A stretch of DNA of 64,000 nt, taken from NCBI GenBank assembly GCA_963832745.1, contig CAWHVC010000005.1:96001-160000 (forward strand), given 5' to 3'. Of the stretch, positions 38,597-49,939 are shown piece after piece (position 1 is the first letter of the stretch; every line of letters begins with the position of its first letter). This DNA is from Candidatus Bathyarchaeota archaeon. Lineage in GTDB: Archaea > Thermoproteota > Bathyarchaeia > Bathyarchaeales > Bathycorpusculaceae. The position numbers were made by a program, and so were the translations under genes. The notes under the pieces are model-generated. The model made no database searches and was not told the origin of the DNA. It saw only the letters and a program-made list of their open reading frames with translations.

Positions 38597-40552
38597 TTAG
38601 GCGAGTTGCTTTCGCAAATCGTCATATGTTGCTTTTATGTCCTCTATTGAGGCTTCGTCCTCGATTGTTGAGGTATCGCCTAATGGTGCACCTGTTAGGA
38701 CTGCTTTGAGGAGTCTGCGCATGATTTTGCCGCTTCGAGTTTTTGGCAGTTTATTTACCATTACGATTGCTTCTGGCGTTGCTATGGGACCAATTGTTGT
38801 GCGGACATGTTTGATTAGTTCAACGCGTAATTCGTCTGAAGGAGTAAAGCCAGTACGTAAAACGACAAATGCTACGGGAACTTCGCCTTTTACTGCGTCT
38901 TCTTTGCCCATGACTGCTGCTTCGCTGACTGCTGGGTGGGAAACTAGTGCGCTTTCTAACTCGACCGTGCCGATGCGGTGACCTGCAACTTTTAGGACTT
39001 CGTCTGCACGTCCTAATAGCCAGAAGTATCCGTCAGGGTCACGTATTGCGTAGTCGCCGACATAATAGACTCCTGGCCACCTGCCGAAGTATGTTTGCTT
39101 GAAACGGTCCGAATCTTTCCAGACGGTTTGCAGCATTCCTGGCCAAGGTGACTTGAGTACTAGGAAACCTTTGGTGCCTTGTGGAACTGATTGCCCTTTC
39201 TCGTCGAAGATGTCAGCGTTAACTCCTGGTAAGGGTAGCGTAGCTGACCCAGGTTTTAGTGGTGTTAGTTCGATGCCGCTTGCAGGTGTAATCATGAAGC
39301 CGCCTGTTTCCGTCTGCCACCACGTATCAATGATAGGTAGGCGCTCTTTGCCAATGACACGGTAATACCATTTCCATGCTTCTGGGTTGATTGGTTCACC
39401 GACTGAGCCTAAAATTCGCAGTGTGCTCAAATCATGTTTTGTTACCCACTGCTCGCCGAATTTCATGAACATGCGAACGGCTGTTGGAGTACCGTAAAGT
39501 ATAGTGATACCATGACGTTCGATGATGTCCCACCATCGGTCTTGAGCAGGGTAATCTGGGGTGCCTTCAAACAGAAAAGCGGTAACACCTAAACTAAGGG
39601 GCGCGTAAATGTTGTATGTGTGACCTGTAATCCAGCCAATGTCAGCGACACACCAGTAAATGTCTTCATCATTTGGGTTAAACGCCCACTTAAGTGTCCA
39701 GTAAGCCCAAGTTAGATATCCGCCTGTTCCATGCTGCACACCTTTTGGTTTACCTGTCGTGCCGGAAGTGTATAGAATGAACAGTGGGTCACTTGACTTC
39801 ATGGATTCCGGTTCAACGTACGCGTCTGCGCCAGCGTTTGCAAGTGCTTCATGATACCAGACGTCTCGACCGTCCTGCATCGAAACAGCTTGACCTGTGC
39901 GTTTGACAACAATTACTTTTTCAATGTTAGGCATATTTGGCAATGCTCTATCTGCTGTGTCTTTAATTGCAACAGGTTTTCCTCGTCTAAAGGAACCGTC
40001 GGATGTTACAAGAATTTTTGCACCGCAATCGTTTACTCTGTCAGCAAGTGCTTCAGCACTAAAACCAGAGAAAACCACAGCGTGGACGCCACCTATACGC
40101 ACTGTTGCAAGCAAGGTTATCGGCAACTCTGGAATTACTGGCAAAAATACTGCTACGCGGTCGCCTTTTTTGACACCGAGACTTTGCATGGCTTTTGCGA
40201 GTTTGTTTACTTCCCGGTAGAGTTGGTAGTAAGTGTATGTTTTTACTTCACCCATTTCGCCTTCCCAAATGTATGCTATCTTGTTTTTGCGTACACTTTT
40301 TACATGGCGATCCAGCGTGTTGTAGGAAACGTTGAGTTCTCCGTCGGGGAACCATTTGTAAAACGGCGGGTTGGTGTCGTCGAGCACTTTGGTGAAAGGC
40401 TTAAACCAATCGATTGCTTTGGCTTTTTCTGTCCAGTATTCTTGAGGGTTTTTTATTGATTTTTCCCATTCTTGCCGTCTTAATTCTCCAGATGAAACTT
40501 TGGCAATACTTGGGCTATATTTTTCATTAAAAGGTAGACTAGCCTCTGACAT
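38597..40552 (-). CDS. acs: AMP-forming acetyl-CoA synthetase
   Basis: YTSGTTGKPKG, DIGWITGH, GSVGEPINP, DTWWQTETG, PKTRSGKIMRR. Confidence 0.96.
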   Translation of the reverse strand: MSEASLPFNEKYSPSIAKVSSGELRRQEWEKSIKNPQEYWTEKAKAIDWFKPFTKVLDDTNPPFYKWFPDGELNVSYNTLDRHVKSVRKNKIAYIWEGEMGEVKTYTYYQLYREVNKLAKAMQSLGVKKGDRVAVFLPVIPELPITLLATVRIGGVHAVVFSGFSAEALADRVNDCGAKILVTSDGSFRRGKPVAIKDTADRALPNMPNIEKVIVVKRTGQAVSMQDGRDVWYHEALANAGADAYVEPESMKSSDPLFILYTSGTTGKPKGVQHGTGGYLTWAYWTLKWAFNPNDEDIYWCVADIGWITGHTYNIYAPLSLGVTAFLFEGTPDYPAQDRWWDIIERHGITILYGTPTAVRMFMKFGEQWVTKHDLSTLRILGSVGEPINPEAWKWYYRVIGKERLPIIDTWWQTETGGFMITPASGIELTPLKPGSATLPLPGVNADIFDEKGQSVPQGTKGFLVLKSPWPGMLQTVWKDSDRFKQTYFGRWPGVYYVGDYAIRDPDGYFWLLGRADEVLKVAGHRIGTVELESALVSHPAVSEAAVMGKEDAVKGEVPVAFVVLRTGFTPSDELRVELIKHVRTTIGPIATPEAIVMVNKLPKTRSGKIMRRLLKAVLTGAPLGDTSTIEDEASIEDIKATYDDLRKQLA

Positions 40553-40875
40553 GCGCTTATTCCTCTTTTTACCTGCCCATCGTTTGGTGCGAACGAAATA
40601 TAAGTTTTGTCAATGGAATGTTGAAAAACAAAACAACAACACCTATATTTTTTATCTTTACAATCAAAATTTTGATTTCCATGCGCATGATGATGTAACC
40701 TAAAATTTAATCCACAATGCATTCCAGAATTAAACCTAACTACAAAAGCCAGCAATCAAAAATATTTCCAATAAACAACCAATAAGCAATATAAAAACAC
40801 ATTCAAACTGAATCAATCAAAAAACATGTTTTTACCCAAAAAATTAAAAAAAGGATAAAGTTAGGTTTTTAGTGT

Positions 40876-41499
40876 TTAATTGGCTTCCATAGTTATGGTT
40901 AATGGATTAGTGCTTGCTTTCTGTTTTACTGGACCAATCGGCAGTACAGTTTTACCGTTAGCTTCGTTTAGAACTTCGGCAAGTCCAAGATATACCGCGC
41001 TAAAGCCACAGATTACGCCTTCTATGCCTGTGATTGTATTGAACCACACTGGGTTTCCAAGCAATTCTCTTGTGGTCAGCATAAAGAAAAGTATAGCCAA
41101 GCTCATGAATACAAACTGGAGTCCTCGATTAGTTTTTAGCGTTCCAAAGAACATCACGAATGTAAAGACGCCCCACATCAAGAAGTATGCCGCCATTGCA
41201 ATATTGTCAGCGGGTGCTACTGCGCCAAAAAATGGCATGTTTGGCATTAAAAGCAATACAACAAGAGACCACCAGAACAAACCGTATGACGAGAAAGCTA
41301 CTGTGCCAAAAGTGTTGCCTTTGCGGTACTCCATGACACCCACGATTACCTGTGCTAAGCCACCGTAAGCTAGACCCATTGCAAGTATCATGCTGTTCAG
41401 AGAAAATAAGCCTGCGTTGTGCAGATTCAAAAGTACTGTTGTCAAGCCAAAAGCTAGTAAACCTAGAGGTGCTGCGTTTGCTAATTTATTGTTACTCAT
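40876..41499 (-). CDS. satP: Acetate uptake transporter, GPR1/FUN34/YaaH (SatP) family
   Basis: [32 protein letters not shown]. Confidence 0.93.
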   Translation of the reverse strand: MSNNKLANAAPLGLLAFGLTTVLLNLHNAGLFSLNSMILAMGLAYGGLAQVIVGVMEYRKGNTFGTVAFSSYGLFWWSLVVLLLMPNMPFFGAVAPADNIAMAAYFLMWGVFTFVMFFGTLKTNRGLQFVFMSLAILFFMLTTRELLGNPVWFNTITGIEGVICGFSAVYLGLAEVLNEANGKTVLPIGPVKQKASTNPLTITMEAN

Positions 41500-41569
41500 T
41501 TTTTCACTTTAATTCATTAGTAAAAAAAGGATTTTAGGCTGTTGAGTTTTTAACTTTTTCTAACAGCTT

Positions 41570-44351
41570 TTACTCTTTTCTTCTTCGACCTGCAACATAT
41601 TTACCGATTTCAATGCTTCCAAAGACTATAGCGCCGAAGGAGAAAGCGACCACCCAATCGATCAGTTCTGGAGTATGCACATCAAAGAGAGGCTGCACAC
41701 CGGGCACGTAAAGTATCAGCAACTGCAACGCAAATGATGACAGTATCGCGTACCATAGGAACTTGTTCTTGAAGACGCCAACCTTGAACACTGGATACTT
41801 TAGTGAACGCATCGAAAGTGCAACAACTAACTCCATTACAATCATGGCCGTAAGGAGTTGAGTTCTTGCTTCCAGAAGATGGAATTCGCTTGTCCACGGG
41901 GTATGGGAGAAGAACGCAATTAGCAGCAGAACAGTCATCAATACTGGTACAGTAGTTAGGTAGACTTTGACGTCTTTGCTAAAGATACTCTCGGTTGGTT
42001 TACGTGGTTTACGTTCCATTAAGTCTGGGTCACCTGGGTCAACGCCTAAAGCGATTGCTGGCAAGCCGTCAGTTACAAGGTTCATCCAAAGTAGTTGCAC
42101 TGCAGTTAAAGCGATGGCAGCCTCGTTTACCGCTTCCACGTCTGAACCCGGCGAGAATATGCTTGCAAGGAATGGCACGCTTACTACAGCAATGAACATC
42201 ACCAAGATTTCCATAATGTTGCATTGCAGCAGATAGGTGAGGTATTTCTTGATGTTTTCAAATATTTCTCTGCCTTCCTTGACAGCCTTTACTATGCTTG
42301 CAAAATTGTCATCTGCTAATACCATGTCAGCAGCTTCTTTGCTTACCTCAGTTCCTGAAATGCCCATGGCAACGCCTATGTCACTCATCTTAAGTGCTGG
42401 AGCATCGTTAACGCCGTCGCCAGTCATTGCTACAATTTGGTCTTTTGCTTTCCAAGCTTTTACAATACGAACTTTATGTTCAGGAGCAACACGAGCGTAA
42501 ATCACAGTTTTCTCTACAATATCTGCAAGTTCTTGATCTGACATACGTTCTAATTCTTGACCAGTTAAAACGCAGGTTTCCTCATCTTTGTCATCAAGCA
42601 ATTTTAATTCTTTGCCTACGGCGGTGGCAGTAAGTTTATGGTCGCCAGTAATCATTACCACGCGTATGCCGGCTTTCTTGCAAACTGCGATTGCATCTTT
42701 AACTTCAGGGCGTGGCGGGTCAATCATGCTCATGATGCCAACAAAGACAAAATGCTCTTCCATTTCTTCACTGAATTCAACATCGCTGGGCAGTTCTTTG
42801 TAAGCAAACGCAAGGTTACGCAAAGCTTGTTTTGCCAACGATTCAGTTACTTGAAAATGTTTAGTTTGACTTTCCTTGGTGAATGGCTGAATTTTGCCGT
42901 TTAGCAAGATTTTGCTACAGCGTTCGATAACCATTTCGGGGGCGCCTTTCATGTACGCAATTTTTTTGTCTGCTTTAGTGTGAATTGTAGTCATACGTTT
43001 TCGTTCTGAAGAGAAAGGCACTTCGTTTACGCGCCGTTCTTCTTCGTCAATGTCGTCTTTGCTGATGCCTGCTTTTTGTGCAGCTACAACCAACGCGCCT
43101 TCAGTTGGATCACCCTTGACTACCCATTTCCCTGTTTGTGTATCCTGTTCAAGACCGGAGTCATTACATAAAGCGGAAATTCTTAGTAATTCTTTGAGGT
43201 TTTCGCTGGGAGTTACCTTCTTGTTATCAACTTGGAATTCGCCTTCTGGCGCATAGCCTATTCCTGTAACTTTGATGTTTTGTTCGTCAACATAGATGCT
43301 TCGAACAGTCATTTCGCCTTTGGTCATAGTGCCTGTTTTATCGCTACAAATGACACTAGTGCTGCCAAGTGTTTCAACTGCTGGTAAACGTTTTACGATA
43401 GCGTTTGATTTTGCCATTCGGTACATGCCGATTGCGAGTGCACCTGTTACGATGGCGGGTAATGCTTCAGGTACAGCCGCAACAGCTAAACTGATAGCCC
43501 AAAGCACCATGTCCAAGATTGGGCGATGTTCAATAACTATGCCTACAAAGCCAACGCTTAATGCTATAACCAACGCTAAAATCCCAATCCATTTACCTAC
43601 GCCAGCTAAACGTTTTTCGAGAGGCGTTTCTTCTTGAGGAGCAGATTGGACCATTTGGGCAATTTTGCCGAATTCAGTGTTCATACCTGAAGAGGTTACA
43701 ACGGCTCTGCCTCTTCCATAAACAACTACGGTTCCAGTGTAGACCATGTTTTCTCGGTCGTTGAGTTGGGTTTGTTCAGGCAAAGCGTCAGCGGATTTGT
43801 TTACAGGTGATGATTCTCCAGTTAATGGTGCCTCATCATCCTTCATTGTGTATGCTTCAAGCAGTCTACCGTCAGCAGGGATTTTATCGCCTGTATAAAG
43901 AATCATAATATCGCCGGGAACAAGTTCGCTTGCGGGGATGCGAACCTCTTTTCCGTCACGCAGGACGCTGGCGGTTGGAGCAGTCATTTTTTTGAGGGCT
44001 TCAACAGCTTTTTCGCTTCGATATTCTTGTGTGAAGCCTAGAATTGCGCTTGCGAAAACAATGACAAGAATGATTAGAGCATCAACTGTTTCGCCGACGG
44101 CAAGCGAAAGCCCTGTAGCAATTAGCAGTATAATCATTAATATGTCTGTAAATTGGCCTGCTAAGAATTTTTAGGGGCGATTTTCCTTTTTCTTTTTTAA
44201 GTTCGTTGGGTCCATACTGTACTAGACGTTCTTGGGCTTCCCGTTTCGTTAAGCCTTTTGAGGTAACGTTGAGCTCGTTTAACGTCTGTTCCACAGTTTT
44301 ACTATGCCATTGTTTTTCCAATTTGGTTTCTCGCTCCAATATAGGGTTCAT
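41570..44351 (-). CDS. P2-type cation (probably Ca2+) transporting ATPase; one frameshift near 44170
   Basis: TGES, AAVPEALP, DKTGT, KGAPE, GDGVNDAPAL; N-terminal GLT..EA..RL..YGPNEL sits in ORF 44082-44351 and joins if one base is removed from the T5 run at 44168-44172. Confidence 0.93.
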
Positions 44352-44608
44352 TTACACGATTTTTTAGCTTTAATATCTTTCTGTTTTTATTGACAAAATG
44401 TAGCATTAAACAGGGCTAAATGTGCACACCCGTCCAGCTAAACAATTAACTCTTAAACAAACGATAAGAAACACAGACATCTTTAGTTAAACCGTTGTGA
44501 CAAAAAACCCTTTGTTCTATCCAAAAAAAATTTTATCAACATTTTTCCCAAAAAGATTAATCAAAGCAACAACAATACTATTATCAACAATTTTAGAAGC
44601 TGATTCTC

Positions 44609-45310
44609 ATGAAGTATGAAACCACTATACAAGACGTAATCCCCCGAACTCACGACGTCACCAGTTACAGATTTCCAAAACCCAAAGAACTCGAATACAA
44701 GCCCGGTCAATTCTTTTTTGTAACCATAAAACAAGACGACAAGGAATTAACTAAACATTTCAGCTTCAGCACCAGCCCAACAGAAACAAGCTACATAGAA
44801 TTCACCAAAAAACTAACCGACCACGAATACTCATTGGCACTTAAAGCAGCAAAAGTTGGTGACTGGGCAAGAATTGATGCACCATACGGCAAATTCACCT
44901 TCGAGGGAGAATACCCAAAAATCGCTATGCTCTGCGGCGGCATAGGCATAACACCATTCATAAGCATAATCAAAAACGCTACAGACAAAAACTTGAGCAA
45001 CAAAATCACACTTTTTTACGGTTGCCGCACCGAAGAAGACGTAGCATTCAAAACGGAGCTTGAAGAATTAGAAAAGAAGAACAGTAACTTGAAAGTGCAT
45101 TTTGTCTTAAGCCAAGCCTCATCAGAATGGAAGGGTGCCACTGGGTTTATCACTGCTGAAATGGTTCAAAAAGAGTTACCTGATTTTAAGGATACAATGT
45201 TTTATGCGTGTGGCCCTCCGCCGATGGTTAAAGCGATGGAGGGACTTGTGGAAAAACTGGGGTTGCCTAAAGAACAGTTGAAACTCGAACTCTTCACTGG
45301 CTACATTTAA
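44609..45310 (+). CDS. FAD/NAD(P)-binding oxidoreductase (FNR-like)
   Basis: YKPGQF, HFSFST, GGIGITP, YACGPPPMV, ELF. Confidence 0.92.
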   Translation: MKYETTIQDVIPRTHDVTSYRFPKPKELEYKPGQFFFVTIKQDDKELTKHFSFSTSPTETSYIEFTKKLTDHEYSLALKAAKVGDWARIDAPYGKFTFEGEYPKIAMLCGGIGITPFISIIKNATDKNLSNKITLFYGCRTEEDVAFKTELEELEKKNSNLKVHFVLSQASSEWKGATGFITAEMVQKELPDFKDTMFYACGPPPMVKAMEGLVEKLGLPKEQLKLELFTGYI

Positions 45311-45364
45311 ACGCCATTTTTTGGCAATTAAACCTAATTTTTTAGTAACCTTAATGCTTAACTT

Positions 45365-46516
45365 TTGACAAGTCAAAGGGTAAGGAAAAAGTTGCCCTTG
45401 CAAGTCAAAACGCTGTACGCCAAGATTCCACACGACGCAAAATTGGCAATTCTCATAGTCATATTAACCAAAATATTAGTCTTCACCATAGGCTTAACTG
45501 CAAACATCGCAACCGGTTCAGCTTCACCTTCAACCGTGTTTACCATGTTTAACCGTTGGGATGCCCCACATTACCTTGACATCGCCCAAAACTGGTACGT
45601 AAACACAGGCGACGCAGCCAACTTTATCGTGTTCTTCCCCCTATATCCAATTCTAATCAGACTAATCACCGTAAACTTTGACTACATCAACATTTCAGCC
45701 TTAATCGTTGCTAACGTCTGCAGCATAATCGCCTTCTATTACCTTTACAAGCTGGCAAAACTGGAATTCAACAGCGGCGTCGCCGTGAAAGCAGTTCTTT
45801 TCATGAGCATTTTTCCCACAGCCTACTTTCTCTCAGCACCATACACGGAAGGGCTCTTCTTTGCTACAGTAATAGCCAGTATCTATTATGCTCGAGTTAG
45901 CCGCTGGGAAGTTTCAGGGTTGCTTAGCATGTTTGCCGCCTTAAGCCGCCTTGCTGGGTTGCTTCTTTTGCCTGTACTGCTGGTTGAGTATTTTCATCAG
46001 AAAGGTTGGAAACCTCGAAGTGTAGATTACAAGATTGTGTGGCCTGTTTTAGCGCTTGTGGGCTTTTTGATTTATTTGGGCATAAACCTGCAAGTAACGG
46101 GTGACGCGTTAAAGTTTATGGAAATCGAAAAAACGCATTGGTTTAATACCCTTGACCCAGTTACAGGCTTAAAACTTGCGTGGAGTTGGGCAACAACCCG
46201 TGCTTACCCCGAAAACATCAGCATCGGAATTGCACCCATAGTTTTCGCAGTCTTCGGGTTGATTATGTTCGGAGCTGCGGTTTGGAAACGTTTCCGCCCC
46301 GTTTATTTAATATACATGTTTTTGACTTGGGGGCTTGCAGTCTCAACTTCATGGTGGATAAGCGTGCCACGCTACATTATGGCAATGTTCCCAATGTTCA
46401 TCCTTTTGGGCGTTTTAACACGCAATAAATGGGTTAATGGCGCAATCGTGGTGGCGTTTGGTGTTGGGCTTTGCTATTTCACGGCGGCTTTCGCTTTGGG
46501 ATGGTGGGCATTCTAA
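45365..46516 (+). CDS. GT-C mannosyltransferase (PIG-V-like)
   Basis: RWDAPHYLDIA, VFFPLYP, FLSAPYTEGLF, PRY. Confidence 0.88.
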   Translation: MTSQRVRKKLPLQVKTLYAKIPHDAKLAILIVILTKILVFTIGLTANIATGSASPSTVFTMFNRWDAPHYLDIAQNWYVNTGDAANFIVFFPLYPILIRLITVNFDYINISALIVANVCSIIAFYYLYKLAKLEFNSGVAVKAVLFMSIFPTAYFLSAPYTEGLFFATVIASIYYARVSRWEVSGLLSMFAALSRLAGLLLLPVLLVEYFHQKGWKPRSVDYKIVWPVLALVGFLIYLGINLQVTGDALKFMEIEKTHWFNTLDPVTGLKLAWSWATTRAYPENISIGIAPIVFAVFGLIMFGAAVWKRFRPVYLIYMFLTWGLAVSTSWWISVPRYIMAMFPMFILLGVLTRNKWVNGAIVVAFGVGLCYFTAAFALGWWAF

Positions 46517-46629
46517 CCATTCAAATAGCAAGAAGCTGTAAAGTTAGGCTTCAACATGTTTTTGGCTTAAAAAACGACCATTAGCACCTACTCTTTTCAG
46601 GAGTCCAGCAAAAGCTAAAAACTGAATAC

Positions 46630-48219
46630 TCATGCACCATGGTACAGAGGCAATTCTACTGTGAATTGGGTTCCTTTGCCCACTTGGCTATCAAAAGAGA
46701 TACTTCCACCTTGAGCCTCGATAGTTCTTTTGCAGACAGCTAAACCGAAACCTTGACCCTTAGATTTAGTGGTAAACAATGGCGTAAAAATTTTAGGCTT
46801 TACGTCATCCGGTATCCCTATTCCTGTGTCTTCAACCCTGATGTTGACATGCCCGTTTCCATCGTTACTTGAGTGAATTGTTAGTTTGCCGCCGTCGGGC
46901 ATTGCTTGGATAGCGTTAGTAATCAAGTTGATTAGAACTCTTCTTAGGAGTTGCGGGTCAGTCACCACTTTTAGATTATCTTCCACAATCAAAACTGACT
47001 GGATACTACTGGGCAAATCAATGTGTTCTACTGTAGATTCAACCAACTCTTTTATGTCCACTATCTGCTTGAGAGCCTCAATCGGTTTAACAAAAGTCTG
47101 CAAATCGCTAACAATCTTATCCATATAGGTGATTTGTTCAGAAATATCCTGAATACTTTCATTTAAAGAAACTTTCAGTTGACCCTCAGGCAACGTTTTA
47201 AGTTCAGTTTGAGCGAGGTAAAGGTCGCTGACAATAGACTGCAAAGGATTACGAAGGTCATGCCCAACCATGCCCGCGGTTTCCCCGATTGCCGCCATTC
47301 GCTCCTTTTCTTGAAGTTGCCTTTCAAGGTTTTTGCGTGAAGTTATATCTCTGAAAAGAGCTGCAACTTGATCTTTAGCGTAAGGAAACGCATACACGTC
47401 AAACCATCTGTCGAGGTCTCTATGGTAGGTTTCTTGATGGATTGATTTTCCGGTTCTTACAATATTGCCGTAAAGGTTAATCCAGTACGGTTCAACGTTT
47501 GGATAAACCGCTTCTACTTGTTTGCCAACAATTTCAGAACTATTACGCCCTGTTAAGCGTTCAAAAGCTTTGTTAACTTTTAAAAACATGTAGCTTAACG
47601 GTTGCCCTACTTCATCATACTGCAGTTTAACAAGTTGGAAAGCATCATCGCTGTTGTCAAAAATTGTTTTGTACAACTGTTCACTTTCCCTGAGGGCTTC
47701 CTCAATTTTTTTACGTTCAGAAATATCCCGTGTAACACCCAAGAAAACCGAAGGCTTATTGTTCTCATCACAAATCAAAGTAGTAGATATTTCAGCGAAA
47801 AACCATGACCCATCTTTTCGCATGACTCTAACCTGATTAACCGTTTTTCCTGTTTCAAGAACCTTAAAAGAACCTTCAATAGCGCGCGCCCGATCTTCAG
47901 GAAACACAATATCATAAACATTCTTACCAATAAGTTCCTCCTTAGCCATCTTCAATTGTTTCAATGAAGCCTTGTTAGTGTCAATAAATTTACCGTCCAA
48001 ACCGACCAAGCTTATGCCGTCATCTACCGAATCAAGAATATTCTGTAAGCGGTCTTTACAATAAAGCCGTTCAGCATTTTGTAAAATACGCTGATTTTTC
48101 TTGGTGTGTTCTGCATTTCGGGTTAAATACAAATCTTTTGAGTTGGAAGTGTTGTTTAATAAATCAAACAAAGTATTTCCCGCCGGAAAAATGCACATTT
48201 TTCTTGTTAGTAATACCAT
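46630..48219 (-). CDS. Cytoplasmic PAS-PAS sensor histidine kinase
   Basis: Two PAS domains; GHDLRNPL H-box, NLITNAIQA, EDTGIGI, GFGL. Confidence 0.95.
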   Translation of the reverse strand: MVLLTRKMCIFPAGNTLFDLLNNTSNSKDLYLTRNAEHTKKNQRILQNAERLYCKDRLQNILDSVDDGISLVGLDGKFIDTNKASLKQLKMAKEELIGKNVYDIVFPEDRARAIEGSFKVLETGKTVNQVRVMRKDGSWFFAEISTTLICDENNKPSVFLGVTRDISERKKIEEALRESEQLYKTIFDNSDDAFQLVKLQYDEVGQPLSYMFLKVNKAFERLTGRNSSEIVGKQVEAVYPNVEPYWINLYGNIVRTGKSIHQETYHRDLDRWFDVYAFPYAKDQVAALFRDITSRKNLERQLQEKERMAAIGETAGMVGHDLRNPLQSIVSDLYLAQTELKTLPEGQLKVSLNESIQDISEQITYMDKIVSDLQTFVKPIEALKQIVDIKELVESTVEHIDLPSSIQSVLIVEDNLKVVTDPQLLRRVLINLITNAIQAMPDGGKLTIHSSNDGNGHVNIRVEDTGIGIPDDVKPKIFTPLFTTKSKGQGFGLAVCKRTIEAQGGSISFDSQVGKGTQFTVELPLYHGA

Positions 48220-48265
48220 GTTTTAAAGGAATTTAATATTTTGATTAACTTCTATTGTCGTTCTT

Positions 48266-48330
48266 TAGTCAAGAAATATTGACTACCTTTTTTTGAATAG
48301 GAGGCTGTTTTAGTCAATGTTTCTTGATGA
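48266..48330. promoter_or_regulatory. Pair of inverted operator-like sites between divergent genes
   Basis: TAGTCAA-GAAATA-TTGACTA (48266-48285) and TAGTCAATGTTTCTTGA (48311-48327), 16/17 match in inverted orientation. Confidence 0.65.
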
Positions 48331-48375
48331 AAACCGCTTTAAGCACATAAATCTGAAGTTGTTATTTGAAAACGA

Positions 48376-49041
48376 ATGAAGAAAATAACTATCATAATGT
48401 TGGCAATTATTATCATCGGTTTTTCAGCCAGAGCCACACCCGCATTAGCAAGTGGCGCTCCTTCAGTTGGCGTAAAAAAAGGCGATTGGATAGAATATTC
48501 CATGAAAATAACAGGACCTCCAGTTGATGCTTTACGCAATATCACGTGGTATAGATGTGACGTTTTGGAGGTTGATGGAACATCGTTTCTGGTAAACAAA
48601 ACTGCGCTGATGATTAACGGAACGTTACAAAGTTCTGTCTGGCAATTTAATTTGACTATGGGCCAAGTTTTTGGGTGGGTAATTATTCCTGCAAACCTGA
48701 GCACTGGAGATGCATTTTTTGACGTTATGAAATCGGCGAATATTACTATCGAAGGTGAAGAGCAAAAGACTCTGTTAGGCACAACTCGAACGGTTACACA
48801 TGCAAACATTATAGGAATGGTCGATAAAGAATGGGATAAAGCTACAGGCGTTTACGTACACGCCGTAGAACACACGACCGACTACACTATAATAACAAAC
48901 GCAGTCGCCACAAACATGTGGAATCCCCAAACACAGGACCAAAACTCTTCAGCGCTTACCCAATTGACCGTAATAACCGCATTACTGGCGTCACTATTTT
49001 TATTATCGCTCTTTATTATAAGGAAAAAACCACAAAAATGA
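48376..49041 (+). CDS. Secreted protein with C-terminal membrane anchor
   Basis: Signal peptide, GVKKGDWIEY, WDKATGV, ATNMW, TM plus RKK; paralogue of 23468-24142. Confidence 0.85.
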   Translation: MKKITIIMLAIIIIGFSARATPALASGAPSVGVKKGDWIEYSMKITGPPVDALRNITWYRCDVLEVDGTSFLVNKTALMINGTLQSSVWQFNLTMGQVFGWVIIPANLSTGDAFFDVMKSANITIEGEEQKTLLGTTRTVTHANIIGMVDKEWDKATGVYVHAVEHTTDYTIITNAVATNMWNPQTQDQNSSALTQLTVITALLASLFLLSLFIIRKKPQK

Positions 49042-49195
49042 TTGCATCCTTTGAGCTTTACGGAAGAAAATGGTAGAAGCCAGGAGGCTTGCAAGGTTTT
49101 AGGTCTATTTCAAACTGTTAAGACTTATTTTTCGTTCTAATGGCTGATTTCAACCCAAAAGTATGTTAGAAATTTTAAAGGCAACTGAGGGTAAT

Positions 49196-49816
49196 CTATG
49201 CAGACACCGGTACTTTCTCTTTGGCGTTTTTCTGCGCCTTGAGGATGTCAGTATAAAGTAGTTTATGTTTGCTCACAAATGGGTAGGCTAATATGAGTAC
49301 AATTGACCCCAAGAGAATTGCCCAAATCGAGTTGCTTAAAGCAATCAACGGACCAGTAGGGATAAACGGTGCCAACCCAAGCCAATCAAGCCCCGCACCA
49401 ATAATGACTCCACACAGGAGACAGGGAAGAACCGCAAGCCCAACAAACAAACCTACCTTTTTGAGGCTCCGCAGGTCAGGCTTTTCAGTTGTTATTTTTG
49501 ACCATAGTTTGTATGGCAAGTAGCCGATGAGGAAGTTGCCAATGAATCCGGGGATGCTTGCTGCATCTAAGCCGCCTGTGATTAAGTCACGGAAAATGTT
49601 GCCGATTGCTGCACCCCAAGCCGCCGCGGGACCGAAAAAGAAAGAGAAAGCTACAGGTATGCCTACGCCAACGCGTCCAAAATCTGCGTGACCGCCAAAG
49701 ATGGTGAAGCCTTGGGTGGGAAAAATTAGTGCTTCATAAAGGACAGCGGTTAGTGAGACGAATGCTACCATTTTGGGTTTTTTCCACATCTCGAGCAGGT
49801 CAATCATGAGCGTCAT
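49196..49816 (-). CDS. ECF transporter S component (QueT-like)
   Basis: FFFGPAAAWGAAIGNIFRD motif, about 6 TM helices. Confidence 0.8.
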   Translation of the reverse strand: MTLMIDLLEMWKKPKMVAFVSLTAVLYEALIFPTQGFTIFGGHADFGRVGVGIPVAFSFFFGPAAAWGAAIGNIFRDLITGGLDAASIPGFIGNFLIGYLPYKLWSKITTEKPDLRSLKKVGLFVGLAVLPCLLCGVIIGAGLDWLGLAPFIPTGPLIALSNSIWAILLGSIVLILAYPFVSKHKLLYTDILKAQKNAKEKVPVSA

Positions 49817-49939
49817 AGTGAATCGTGGTTTGATTGCTTAAAAATTTACTGACTTAAAGCTTGTGATTTTATCGCTTAAACGCCTGCCTCAACACTTTTA
49901 TTTTTCCAGTATAATAATTTACTTAAGGAGATAGTTTTT

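Noticed and set aside
40687-40693. ATGATGA C-box-like motif suggesting a C/D guide RNA
   Set aside because: No CTGA D box at the expected 50-60 nt spacing
44160-44175. Programmed frameshift or pseudogene in the P-type ATPase
   Set aside because: A single extra base in a 5-nt homopolymer in an otherwise intact gene is most simply a sequencing error
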